Positions 35,097 through 47,336 of a stretch of 64,000 nt of DNA are shown here, one piece after another. The stretch is taken from positions 21,746 to 85,745 of the forward strand of contig CAYZVO010000002.1 of NCBI GenBank assembly GCA_964481655.1, written 5' to 3'. Numbering within the stretch: the first letter of the stretch is position 1; the number at the start of each line of letters is the position of its first letter. A program made the position numbers and the translations under genes. The notes below the pieces were generated by a model that was not told the DNA's origin, searched no databases, and was given only the letters and a program-made list of their open reading frames with translations. This stretch comes from an uncultured Enterobacterales bacterium (lineage in GTDB: Bacteria > Myxococcota_A > UBA796 > JAFGLY01).

Positions 35097-36613
35097 TGCT
35101 GGACCAGCATGGGACCGACGCCAACGTCGTCCGTCACCTGGTGCGCCTGGCCGCGGACCAGGGTGATCAGCTCGCCGTGGTGGAGCCCGGCGGCGACCGG
35201 GTGACCTTCGCGGGGCTCGACGCCCTCACGGCGCGCTTCGCCGGCGGGCTGAGGGAGCGTGGGGTGCCGGCTGGGGCGCGGCTGCTGGTGCTCGCCCCCA
35301 TGGGCATCGCCCTGTACGTGGCGCTGCTGGGCGTCTTCAGGGCGGGCTGCACCGCGGTGCTCGTCGATCCGTCCGCCCCCCGCGCCTTGCTGCGGGCGAC
35401 CCTGGCCAAGCTCGATCTGCACGGCTTCGTGGGCAGCCCCAAGGCCCACCTGCTGCGGCTGATGATTCCCGAGCTGCGGGGGCTGCGGCTCTACATCTCC
35501 ACCGGCGGCTTCCTGCCGCTGCCTCACACCCGGATCACCTCGGTGGTCGGCGAGTCCTACGGCCCCCACCCGGTGGACTGCCCGGCGCTGGTCACCTTCA
35601 CCACCGGCACCTCCGGCCGCGCCCGGGCCATGGCCCGGCGCCACAGCTTCCTGGACGCCCAGCGGGTGGCCCTGACCGAGCACATGGGGCTGGGCTCCGA
35701 CGACATCGACCTGGCCACCCTGCCGGTGTTCCTGCTCAACTCGCTGTCGGCGGGTTCCACCTGCGTGCTGGCGGACGCTGACCTGTCGAAGGTCGGCTCG
35801 GCCGACCCCGAGCGCATCGCCGCCCAGCTGCGCGAGTGGAAGGTGACCACCACCTCTGGCTCCCCCAGCTTCTTCGCACCGCTGGCCCGCACCATGGAGG
35901 CCCGCGGCGAGCAGCTCCCTCACCTGCGCAAGCTCTTCGTGGGGGGCGGACGCGTGCCCTCCAGGCTGCTGGCCCAGCTGAAGGCCATCGCCCCTGACGC
36001 GAACGTATACGTGCACTACGGCTCCACCGAGGCCGATCCCATCGCCAGCATCGAGGCCGCCGAGGTGCTGGCCATGGGCGGCGACGGCGCGGGCCGCGGC
36101 TCCTGCGTGGGGCCGGCGTCCCCCGGCCTCGAGCTGCAGCTGTGGCAGCCCGGGACCACCGAACAGGCCCCCGAGGGTGAGCCTGGCGAGGTCGTGGTCT
36201 CCGGCGACCACGTCAACCGCTCCTACCTGGACAACCCCGAGGCCGACGCGAAGTACAAGGTCCACAAGGGCGAGGCGGTCTGGCATCGCACCGGTGATGT
36301 GGCCCGCCTCGACGAGCAGGGCCGGGTCTGGCTCATCGGCCGGGTGGGGGAGGCCATCGCCGGGCGCTGGCCCCTGACCGTCGAGGCCCTGGCCGAGAGC
36401 CTGCCCTGGGTCCGCCGGGTCGGGTATGGCGCGCGCGGGGATGAACCCGTGCTGGTGGTGGAGCGCTTCGAGGGGCAGGGCCCCGAGGACTGGGAGGCTC
36501 AGCTGCGGGAGCGTTGCGGGGTCGAGACGATCCTCGAGGGCACGGTCCCCGTGGACCACCGGCACAACGCCAAGGTCGATCGGGTGGCGCTGGCGCGGGA
36601 GCTCGCTGGCTAG
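35093..36613 (+). CDS. AMP-binding (ANL superfamily) ligase, OleC-like
   Basis: FTTGTSG, YGSTEA, WHRTGD and terminal PVDHRHNAKVDR resembling the OleC C-terminal motif. Confidence 0.85.
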   Translation: MMLDQHGTDANVVRHLVRLAADQGDQLAVVEPGGDRVTFAGLDALTARFAGGLRERGVPAGARLLVLAPMGIALYVALLGVFRAGCTAVLVDPSAPRALLRATLAKLDLHGFVGSPKAHLLRLMIPELRGLRLYISTGGFLPLPHTRITSVVGESYGPHPVDCPALVTFTTGTSGRARAMARRHSFLDAQRVALTEHMGLGSDDIDLATLPVFLLNSLSAGSTCVLADADLSKVGSADPERIAAQLREWKVTTTSGSPSFFAPLARTMEARGEQLPHLRKLFVGGGRVPSRLLAQLKAIAPDANVYVHYGSTEADPIASIEAAEVLAMGGDGAGRGSCVGPASPGLELQLWQPGTTEQAPEGEPGEVVVSGDHVNRSYLDNPEADAKYKVHKGEAVWHRTGDVARLDEQGRVWLIGRVGEAIAGRWPLTVEALAESLPWVRRVGYGARGDEPVLVVERFEGQGPEDWEAQLRERCGVETILEGTVPVDHRHNAKVDRVALARELAG

Positions 36614-38920
<2,307 letters not shown>

Positions 38921-39047
38921 GGCACGTCTCCCACGGTGGTGTCAGGGGTCCCACGAGGGAGTATGTCACAGCACCGCGGTTCCGTCCTGGAACCCGCGCG
39001 GACCGGCCTGATGGACGTTATCCTGGGGGGCCGCCACGAGGTGAACG

Positions 39048-41999
39048 ATGATCCGCCGGCTCTCGGCTCCATTCCTTGCATTCGCGGCCCTGACCCTCCC
39101 CGTGGTCGCGGGCGCGCCCGGCTGCCAGTGCCGCTACTCTGCCGACCCCTCCGCCAACGTGGAGATCGACGGCTCCCTCGACTTCGGCCCCGTGCCGGAC
39201 GGGTTCGCCGGCACGGCGACGGTGCTGGTCCACGGCACCTCCATCGCGCCGGCCATCAGCGTGGACGCCGAGGGCATGGACGCCACCTGGATCCGTGGGA
39301 CCGTGGGCTCCGCGGCCCGGCTCGTCGCCAGCTGTGATCCCAGCCTGAACGACGGCGACTCCGGCTCCATCGAGCTCGACTTCGGGGGTGCGGAGCCCTT
39401 CGCGGTGGACTGGAGCTGCAGCGCTGGCGAGCGCCCCGCGCGGCTGCCCGATCCCCTGCTCGAGCCCATCGACCTCCAGGCCTTCGCCTCTGTGCCCGGC
39501 TCCGAGCTGGGCGACGCCGCCATCGCCGCCAGCGACGGCGCCCGCTTCGTGCTCAACCCGCCCACCGGCGACGTCTTCGTCTCCGACCCGGTCGCCGGCC
39601 GGCTCTGGCGCCAGGGCTTCGGCTACAAGGTGCCGGGCTGGGGTGCCTGGCTGCCCCAGGACATGGAGCTGTACGAGAACTGGGACCCGTACCCCCCCTG
39701 CATCGCCGAAGGCATGTGGAACCGCCAGGACGGCAGCTGCACCGGCGCCGAACGCAGCGGCGACGGCGACATCCCAGAGAACTGGATCTACGTGCACTCG
39801 GGCTTCGTGGGCGACGACGACTACGACCTGACGGGTGTGCGCGCGGGCGTGGCCCTCGAGGACCAGCAGCTCATCGCGGTGGTGGGCGATCGTGACGACG
39901 AAGGCTTCGTGGCCGTCGTGGATGCCGGCCTGGCCGTGGAGCTGGGCGACGAGAGCCCCTACAGCTACCTGCAGCTGGTGCGCGACGCCGACTCCGAGCA
40001 GACCCTGCCCGCTGGCCTCGAGATCACCGCCTCCGAGTCCGGCGCCTGGCTGGTGGAGCCCAACACCGGCGTGGTCTGGCAACTGCAGGAGGTGGACGAG
40101 CTGTCCCCCATCGTGGTTCGGGCCGACTTCGAGATCGGTCCCGTGAGCGCCACCGCCAACATCGACGACGCCCTGGTGCTGCGGCGGGACGACGGCAGCT
40201 GGGCCAAGCTCGACGCCGCCGGCCTGGCCGAGCTCGCCGTGCCTGTGACCGCCTGGAGCGGCCTGGTGGACCTCGCGCCGACCTTCGTGGCTGGCGATCG
40301 CCAGGCCGTCTGGGCCTGGTACGCCGACCCCGGCGTGCTGGCCTGGTGGGACACCGGCAGCGGCCTGGCGGGCCTGGTCGCGGTGCCGAGCAGCGTCCAG
40401 ACCGTGCACCACCTGGCGGCCGACCGCATCTTCGGCGGCAGCGCCGAGACCTCGTCCATGGCCTGGATCGTGGCCGAGGACGCCGACGGCGCCATCGCGC
40501 TGCTGGGCGCCCAGGCAGAAGAAGCCGTGCTCGAGCGGGGCGGCGTCGCCCTGCCGGCGCTGCCCATGGCCATGGCCATCGACGGTGCGCCCCACGACCT
40601 CTACCTCGCCTACCCCGCGGGCGCGGACGGCTGCGACGGCGATCTGGCCGCGCTGTGCAGCGACGGCGAGCACCCGGCGGCCATCGCCAGCTACTACGCC
40701 CCCTACGGGCTGGTGCCCCCCACCTCCACGGGGCACCCCCTCAACATGTTCATCAACCCGATCCTGGAGACCCCCAAGGATCACCAGGTCAACTCGGACT
40801 TCTCCAAGGGCGAGGCCCGCTGCGACGACGCCCCCGCGGACTTCGACGAGCGGCTCTACGACGGCTGCTGCGCCCTGTCCTGGGCTGTGCGCGAGCGCGT
40901 GGCGCCCAGCATGGACTACGTGGCCGAGGCCTGGCTCACCATCGGATCCGACACCGAGTCCACCGACGACGACGTGGCGGTGACCATCGGGCTGAACCCC
41001 ACCTGGCTGCGCCAGGCCCGGGACTGCTACGGCGAGCTGTTGACGGCCCCCCAGGGCTACGAGGCCCTCGAGATCCTGGACTACTACGGCGACATGGGCA
41101 TGGGCTACACCCACTGGACCCACACCTCCATGGCCGACCAGGACGCCACCGAGCCCATGGACTGGTTCATGGGGCTGTTGTACGAGTCGGGCGTGGACTT
41201 CAGCTTCCCCATGGCGTCGCAGGCCGAGTACCAGATGCTGCACGACGGCATGTACGCGGCGTCCCGCTACGACGACCTGCCCGACTTCGACGACATGGGC
41301 ACCGACGTGGTCATGACCACCCTCGAGGTCCCCCTGCAGGGCATCTCGGGCAACCACTTCGACGGCCCGGTGATGCTGTCGGACGAAGGCTGGCCCGATG
41401 ACGACCCGTCCTGGAACCGTGCCGGCCGCGACGGCCCCCTGGCCCTCGGCGACGATCCGTTCCAGGCCTACTACTTCGCCTCGGCGGGCACGGACCCGGC
41501 CGTGGGGCTCGATGGCTTCCGCAAGAAGGAGCTGTTCCCGCTGGACATCCGCACCCGGGCCGCGGCCTTCGAGATGGGCGAGGACCCCCAGGACTGGTTC
41601 CTGGGCGGCGACTCTGGCGTGCTCTACCTGCCGGGGCACTCCTGGGCGCTGAACACCCAGGGCGACCTGCACGAGGCGGGGCTGTTCCGCGAGAGCCAGG
41701 TCTGGGGCACCGAGACCGAAGAGCGCGACTGGGAGCAGGTCATCCGCTACCTGCGCCGCATCATCGCCTCGTCGCAGCCTGACGACGTCAAGGTCTGGTA
41801 CCTGCACATCTTCGACTTCACCAACACCGGTGGCATCATCGAGGACAACTCCGGCGTCACGCCGCAGGTCGACATCAACGTCGACGCCCTCGAGGCCATC
41901 AACGCCCTGCTGGTGCACCCGGGCCACGCCCGCTGGGCCCAGCCCGATGCCGTGGTGGACGAGTGGCTCGCCACCAGCGGCGACGGAGGCTCCCGATGA
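39048..41999 (+). CDS. Large hypothetical exported/lipoprotein (983 aa)
   Basis: GAGGTG RBS, signal peptide with Cys (APGC), high GC3, ATGA coupling to the next gene. Confidence 0.75.
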   Translation: MIRRLSAPFLAFAALTLPVVAGAPGCQCRYSADPSANVEIDGSLDFGPVPDGFAGTATVLVHGTSIAPAISVDAEGMDATWIRGTVGSAARLVASCDPSLNDGDSGSIELDFGGAEPFAVDWSCSAGERPARLPDPLLEPIDLQAFASVPGSELGDAAIAASDGARFVLNPPTGDVFVSDPVAGRLWRQGFGYKVPGWGAWLPQDMELYENWDPYPPCIAEGMWNRQDGSCTGAERSGDGDIPENWIYVHSGFVGDDDYDLTGVRAGVALEDQQLIAVVGDRDDEGFVAVVDAGLAVELGDESPYSYLQLVRDADSEQTLPAGLEITASESGAWLVEPNTGVVWQLQEVDELSPIVVRADFEIGPVSATANIDDALVLRRDDGSWAKLDAAGLAELAVPVTAWSGLVDLAPTFVAGDRQAVWAWYADPGVLAWWDTGSGLAGLVAVPSSVQTVHHLAADRIFGGSAETSSMAWIVAEDADGAIALLGAQAEEAVLERGGVALPALPMAMAIDGAPHDLYLAYPAGADGCDGDLAALCSDGEHPAAIASYYAPYGLVPPTSTGHPLNMFINPILETPKDHQVNSDFSKGEARCDDAPADFDERLYDGCCALSWAVRERVAPSMDYVAEAWLTIGSDTESTDDDVAVTIGLNPTWLRQARDCYGELLTAPQGYEALEILDYYGDMGMGYTHWTHTSMADQDATEPMDWFMGLLYESGVDFSFPMASQAEYQMLHDGMYAASRYDDLPDFDDMGTDVVMTTLEVPLQGISGNHFDGPVMLSDEGWPDDDPSWNRAGRDGPLALGDDPFQAYYFASAGTDPAVGLDGFRKKELFPLDIRTRAAAFEMGEDPQDWFLGGDSGVLYLPGHSWALNTQGDLHEAGLFRESQVWGTETEERDWEQVIRYLRRIIASSQPDDVKVWYLHIFDFTNTGGIIEDNSGVTPQVDINVDALEAINALLVHPGHARWAQPDAVVDEWLATSGDGGSR

Positions 42000-43651
42000 C
42001 CCCCTCCCGCTCCTGGCTCCTGGCCCTGCTGCTGGTGGGCTGCGGCCCGTGCCGCAGCACGGCCGACGACACCCAGGTCCCCGACGACACTCAGGACAGC
42101 GATCCGGGTGACACCCACCCGGAGACCGACGACACGGATCCCGGCTACCGGGACCTGGACGGCGACGGCTACTACGAGTTCTACGACTGCGACGACGAGG
42201 ACCCCGACGTCCACCCCGGGGCCGAAGAGATCTGCGACGACATCGACAACGACTGCGATGGCCAGGTCGACGAGGACCGGGTCTGCGCCACCGCCCTCGA
42301 GCTGGGCCCGAGCGACGCCACCGCGGTGTTCTACGGCGCTAGCGCCGACGATCAGGCCGGCCAGCACCTGGCCTCTGTGGGTGACCTCGACGGCGACGGC
42401 TACGGCGATCTGCTGCTGCCATCCTTCGCCCACGACGGCAACGGCGAGGACGCCGGGGCGGCCTACCTGTTCCTGGGCCCGGTGAGCGCCGAGCAGAGCA
42501 TGGACGCCGCCTGGGCCTGGTACCTGGGCGAGGCCGAGGGCGACAACGCTGGCCGCACCGTGGCCGACGCCGGGGACGTCAACGGCGACGGCGTGCCCGA
42601 CCTGCTCATCGGGGCCCCCGCGGCCGACCACAGCTTCATGAACGCGGGCACCATCTACCTGGTGTACGGCCCGCAGACCGAAGGCGAGCACCAGCTGGCC
42701 GACGCGGACGCTCGCATCTTCGGCGAGGCCGACGGCGACTGGCTCGGTGATGCCGAGAGCCTGGGAGACATGAACGGCGACGGCTACGACGACCTCGTCG
42801 TGGCCAGCCAGTACGACAACACCCTCGGCGAAGACGCCGGTGTCGCGTACGTGATCTACGGCCCCGTCTCGGGGGACCAGACCCTCGGCGAAGACGTCAT
42901 CCAGCTGTCGGGCGTCGAAGAGGAAGACCAGGCCGGCTCCACCGCCATCGGCCCGGGCGACGTCAACGCCGACGGCATCCCCGACCTCATCGTCGGCGCG
43001 CGCTTGTCGGACATGGGCGGCCGGGACTCCGGCGCCCTGTACCTGTTCATGGGCCCGGTCGAGGCCTCGGCCCCCCTGGATTCCGCCGACGAGATCATCC
43101 CCGGCCCGGAGCCCGACGCTCTGCTCGGCGCGGGCTGGAGCATCGACGGCGTGGGCGACCACGACGGCGACGGCCGCCAGGACTTCCTGGTGGGCGCCCG
43201 CGGCGCGAGTGGCGGCGGCGGCGCCTGGCTGGTGTTGGCCACCGACCTGCGGGATCTCGACGTCCTGGACGAGGCCAGCGCGAGCTTCTCGGCGGAATCC
43301 CAGGGTGATCTGGCTGGCACCGCGGTCTGTGGCCTCCACGACGTCAACGGCGATCTGCGCCCCGACATCGCCATCGGCGCCTCGGGCGCTACCGGGGTCG
43401 GTGGCGCCGACAGCGCCGGTGCGGCCTACATCTTCTACGGCCTGGCCCTGGGCAGCTACGACCTGGGTGACGCCGACGTGATCGCCAGGGGCGAAGCCAC
43501 CGACGACATGGCTGGCTGGTCCATCGGCGACGCCGGTGACGTCAACGGCGTGGGACGCACCAGCCTGCTGATGGGCGCGCTGGGCAACGACGCCGCGGCC
43601 GAGGACGCCGGCGCCATCTACCTCTTCACCCTCGAGGAGGAAGGCCGATGA
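41996..43651 (+). CDS. Lipoprotein with MopE-type putative metal-binding motif and integrin-alpha-like FG-GAP propeller
   Basis: Lipobox LVGC, YRDLDGDGY...DCDDEDPDVHPGAEEICDDIDNDCDGQVDE, seven GDxxGDGxxDLxxGA...GAxY blades. Confidence 0.88.
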   Translation: MTPSRSWLLALLLVGCGPCRSTADDTQVPDDTQDSDPGDTHPETDDTDPGYRDLDGDGYYEFYDCDDEDPDVHPGAEEICDDIDNDCDGQVDEDRVCATALELGPSDATAVFYGASADDQAGQHLASVGDLDGDGYGDLLLPSFAHDGNGEDAGAAYLFLGPVSAEQSMDAAWAWYLGEAEGDNAGRTVADAGDVNGDGVPDLLIGAPAADHSFMNAGTIYLVYGPQTEGEHQLADADARIFGEADGDWLGDAESLGDMNGDGYDDLVVASQYDNTLGEDAGVAYVIYGPVSGDQTLGEDVIQLSGVEEEDQAGSTAIGPGDVNADGIPDLIVGARLSDMGGRDSGALYLFMGPVEASAPLDSADEIIPGPEPDALLGAGWSIDGVGDHDGDGRQDFLVGARGASGGGGAWLVLATDLRDLDVLDEASASFSAESQGDLAGTAVCGLHDVNGDLRPDIAIGASGATGVGGADSAGAAYIFYGLALGSYDLGDADVIARGEATDDMAGWSIGDAGDVNGVGRTSLLMGALGNDAAAEDAGAIYLFTLEEEGR

Positions 43652-45057
43652 CCCGCATCCTGCCGCTCTTCCTGCTGCTGCTGGGCTGTCCTCCGGACCC
43701 GCCCGATGACACGGACACCAAGACCGAGCCCACCCCGGAAGCGGGCGACGTGGTCATCCTGACCAACACCGCCCACGGCTGCGTGCGCTTCCTGGACTAC
43801 AACGGCGCCCGGCTACGAGCCGAGATCTGCTTCGACGATCTGCTCCCCGACCAGTGCGGGGGCACCATGGACAACGGCTGGGGCATCTGCCAGGCCTTCT
43901 CGGTGATCTACGACCGCGAGACGGACCCGGAGTCCCTGATCATGGTCTTCGCGCGCCAGGCGGAAGACGACGACGACATCCGCCCCGGCGGCGTGGTCGC
44001 GCTGGACCTGAGCTGGCCTCTGGAGCCCACCTGGCGCGTCCAGGAGGTCTCGCTGCCCCCGGGCCACGCGCTTCACGAGACCTGCCTGTCCGTTCACGAG
44101 GAGCTGGGCGACGACCCCGCGCCGCCCGTCCACTCCGAGCAGGCCAACTGCTACTCCATCTTCCCCCACGAGATCGGCTGGATGCCCGGCCGCGAGCTGC
44201 TGGCCCTGTCCGACACCACCCTGAACCGGGTGATGTGGTTCGCGCCGCCAGAGGACGGGAGCACCGTGGCCGAGGCCGTGGCCGTGCTCGAGCCCGAGAA
44301 CCGGCCCGAGTCCGAGGACGACCGCACCCTCAACTGCCTCGAGGTCGTGGAGCACGGTGACCAGACCTTCCTGCTCAACTCCTACAAGACCTCCGTGGCC
44401 CCCGAGGCCGCGGGTGAGGACATCGGGCGCCTGATGCTGTGGGACGTCACCGACCTGGACGACATCCAGCACGTCTGGAGCTACCCCGAGGACGGCTGGC
44501 TCGCGGCGGTCCACGGTCCCAGCATGTGGGAGACCAACGTCGGCCTGCTGCTCACCTACGCCCACAGCGGTGGCGCCTCCACCGCCACGATGGACGAGCT
44601 GGGCACCGTGGGCGTGGCCCTGGCCCACTGGGACCACCCCCCGGTCTACCTGGGCGATCTGATGCCCATGGAGGGCGAGCTGGCCGAGCCCATGGGCTTC
44701 GTGCGCGACGTCAAGCTGGTGCACGGCGGGCTCAACCGCATGCTGGTGCTCGACTCCGGCTGCGAGACCCCGTTCCCCAACGGCTGTGACCGCGAGGCCC
44801 GCTTGCTCGAGATGGACGTGGTCTTGCCGGAGATCCCCGGCCTGGGTGGCGTGTTCTCGGACATGCACGAGGATCAGACCTTCGTCCGCACCCCGGTGGT
44901 GCGCACGCTGATGAAGAATGACCTGCTGTTCCCCTTCGAGACCCAGCACATCCCCCTCGAGGACGTGGGCCCAGGGCTGCGCAGCTTCCTGAACGAAGGC
45001 CGCGACTGGCTCGACGACGACGGCCCGCCCCCCGAGGACAGCGGAGTCACCGAATGA
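43648..45057 (+). CDS. Hypothetical lipoprotein, probable beta-propeller
   Basis: Lipobox LLGC, ATGA coupling on both sides, beta-rich repeats. Confidence 0.7.
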   Translation: MTRILPLFLLLLGCPPDPPDDTDTKTEPTPEAGDVVILTNTAHGCVRFLDYNGARLRAEICFDDLLPDQCGGTMDNGWGICQAFSVIYDRETDPESLIMVFARQAEDDDDIRPGGVVALDLSWPLEPTWRVQEVSLPPGHALHETCLSVHEELGDDPAPPVHSEQANCYSIFPHEIGWMPGRELLALSDTTLNRVMWFAPPEDGSTVAEAVAVLEPENRPESEDDRTLNCLEVVEHGDQTFLLNSYKTSVAPEAAGEDIGRLMLWDVTDLDDIQHVWSYPEDGWLAAVHGPSMWETNVGLLLTYAHSGGASTATMDELGTVGVALAHWDHPPVYLGDLMPMEGELAEPMGFVRDVKLVHGGLNRMLVLDSGCETPFPNGCDREARLLEMDVVLPEIPGLGGVFSDMHEDQTFVRTPVVRTLMKNDLLFPFETQHIPLEDVGPGLRSFLNEGRDWLDDDGPPPEDSGVTE

Positions 45058-46670
45058 CACATCGACACATCTCACCGCTGTTGCTCGCGCTCTGCGTGGG
45101 CTGCGGAGACGGCTGCCGCGGCGACGACACCGCCCCTGTGGATGACAGCTCCGAAGAGACGGGCGACCCCACCGTCGACGCCGACAACGACGGCTACCCC
45201 GCCTCCGAGGACTGCGACGACGAGGACCCCGACGTCAACCCCGGCGCCGAGGAGATCTGCGGCAACGGCGTGGACGACGACTGCGACGGCACCGCCAACG
45301 ACTGCGGCCTGTCCGGGCTGGTCCCCCTGAGCGAAGCCGACGTGGCCATCACGGGAGCCGCCGAGAGCGACTGGGCCGGCCGCTCCTTCGACCTGGCCGG
45401 TGACCACGACGGCGACGGGTCCCTGGATCTGGTCGTCGGTGGCCGCCACCACACCAGCGACGACGGCGAGGTCGGCGCGGTCTTCGTGATGTCCGGCCCC
45501 TTCGAGGCCGACGGCTCGATGGCCGACGCCACCGCGACCTGGCTCGGCAGCAGCGACATGGGCGAGGCCGGCGACTCGGTGGCCAACGGCTGCGACCTGT
45601 CCGGCGACGGCGCCGCGGACATCATCGTCGGCGCCCGCTCCCACGACGCCGTGGGCGAAGCCGCGGGCGCGGTCTACCTCATCTTCGACCCCGGCAGCGG
45701 CGAGCAGATCCTGGACGACGCCGCGGTCACCATCTTCCCCACCGACGCCCAGCACCGCCTCGGCGACGCGGTGGGCTGCGCCGGTGATCCCAACGACGAC
45801 GGCGTGGCCGACCTGGTGGTCGCCGCACCCGGCGCCCAGAACTCCGACGAGGACGTCTCGGGCATGGCCTACCTGTTCGAGGGGCCCATCGCCGAGGGCG
45901 AGCTCACCACCGCGGACGCCGACGCGACCTTCCGCGGCGTGGCCCACGGCGACTACCTGGGTCGCTGGGTCGACGGCGGCCACGACCTCGACGGTGACGG
46001 GCTCACCGACCTGGTGCTGACCGCCTTCAAGGCCGGCGTGGCCGGCGTGGACGCCGGTGAGGTCTACGGAGTGCTCGCACCCTTCGACGGTGAGATCGAT
46101 CTGATGGAGGCCGACTGGGTCATCAGCGGCGAGCGCCCCGGCGACTGGCTGGGCACCCGCGCCGAGGTGGCGGGGGACATCGACGGTGACGGCACCCCGG
46201 ACCTGCTCATCGGCGCCGACGGCCACGACCAGGGCGGCAACAACGCCGGCGCCGGCTACTTCGTGCCCGGCCCCCCCGCGGGCCAGGCCCTGGTGCAGCA
46301 CGCCGCGGCGGCCACCATCACGGGGATGGCGGCCGAGGACTACACCGGCCTGACCGTCACCGGCACCGGTGACCTGGATGGCGACGGCAGCGACGACTTC
46401 GCCGTCGGCGCCTTCCGCTCCGACGCGGGCCAGCTCAACGCCGGGCTGCTGGCGGTGTTCTACGACGCCATCGAAGGCGTGGTCGGCATCGACACCGCCG
46501 ATGTGGAGATCATCGGCACCCAGGCCGACGACCAGGCCGGCTTCCACGCCATGGCGACCGGCGACATCAGCGGCGACGGCTGGCCCGACATCGCCTTGAG
46601 CGCCCCCGCAGAGGACACGGGCGGGCGCGACTCCGGGGCTATCTACCTGGTGTTCGGCTCGGGCTGGTAG
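45054..46670 (+). CDS. Lipoprotein with MopE-type motif and integrin-alpha-like FG-GAP propeller (paralog of 41996)
   Basis: Lipobox CVGC, DADNDGY...DCDDEDPDVNPGAEEICGNGVDDDCDG, seven FG-GAP blades. Confidence 0.88.
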   Translation: MTHRHISPLLLALCVGCGDGCRGDDTAPVDDSSEETGDPTVDADNDGYPASEDCDDEDPDVNPGAEEICGNGVDDDCDGTANDCGLSGLVPLSEADVAITGAAESDWAGRSFDLAGDHDGDGSLDLVVGGRHHTSDDGEVGAVFVMSGPFEADGSMADATATWLGSSDMGEAGDSVANGCDLSGDGAADIIVGARSHDAVGEAAGAVYLIFDPGSGEQILDDAAVTIFPTDAQHRLGDAVGCAGDPNDDGVADLVVAAPGAQNSDEDVSGMAYLFEGPIAEGELTTADADATFRGVAHGDYLGRWVDGGHDLDGDGLTDLVLTAFKAGVAGVDAGEVYGVLAPFDGEIDLMEADWVISGERPGDWLGTRAEVAGDIDGDGTPDLLIGADGHDQGGNNAGAGYFVPGPPAGQALVQHAAAATITGMAAEDYTGLTVTGTGDLDGDGSDDFAVGAFRSDAGQLNAGLLAVFYDAIEGVVGIDTADVEIIGTQADDQAGFHAMATGDISGDGWPDIALSAPAEDTGGRDSGAIYLVFGSGW

Positions 46671-47256
46671 CGGGCTGGTCGCCCACGCGCCTGAAGCGCA
46701 GCTCGAAGCTGAAGGGCACCGGCAGGTACTCGCTCTCGTAGGTGACCCTGGAGATGATGGTGACCCCGTCGGGCTGCAGCTGGAAGGTCTGGGTTCGATC
46801 GCCCAGCTCGTTGGCGAAGGTCTGCACCAGCTCATCGTCGGTCACCAGGGCCTGGCTGACCGTGTAGGTCGCGTCTCCCTGCAGGGCGTCCCAGCTGAAG
46901 GGGCTGCCGTCGAGGCTGGCGGTGAACAGGTGGGTGCTCCCGCAGGAGTAGCGCAGCCCCTGCTCTTCGAGCTCGAACACCGGCAGCGGACAGTAGACCG
47001 TCACGCTGCGCAGCACCGGCCGCATGACCGGTCGGAGCATGGGGTTCATGGCCTGGGCGACCCGCTCGATGCCTTCCTCGATGCTGGCGACGTCGGACTC
47101 CTTGTCCACCTGCACGAAGCGCCCCTGGATGGGCGCCCCGTCGCCGGCGGAGCCGGTCTGGGCCTCGGCGTGACCCGCCGCGACGGCGGCCAGCACCAGC
47201 GCCGTACAGACGCGGGCGGTGGTCACGGGGCGATGGCGGCGGGTGCGCATGTCCAT
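46639..47256 (-). CDS. Hypothetical secreted protein
   Basis: Signal peptide and coding-like composition. Its 3' end overlaps the FG-GAP gene end by 32 bp. Confidence 0.65.
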   Translation of the reverse strand: MDMRTRRHRPVTTARVCTALVLAAVAAGHAEAQTGSAGDGAPIQGRFVQVDKESDVASIEEGIERVAQAMNPMLRPVMRPVLRSVTVYCPLPVFELEEQGLRYSCGSTHLFTASLDGSPFSWDALQGDATYTVSQALVTDDELVQTFANELGDRTQTFQLQPDGVTIISRVTYESEYLPVPFSFELRFRRVGDQPATSPSRTPGR

Positions 47257-47336
47257 ATGCTTGCATCGGTCGTTTCCACCGTCCTGTTGAGGAGGCCGAT
47301 GGTGACGACTCGAGACAGCAGGCCCTCAGCGGGGCG

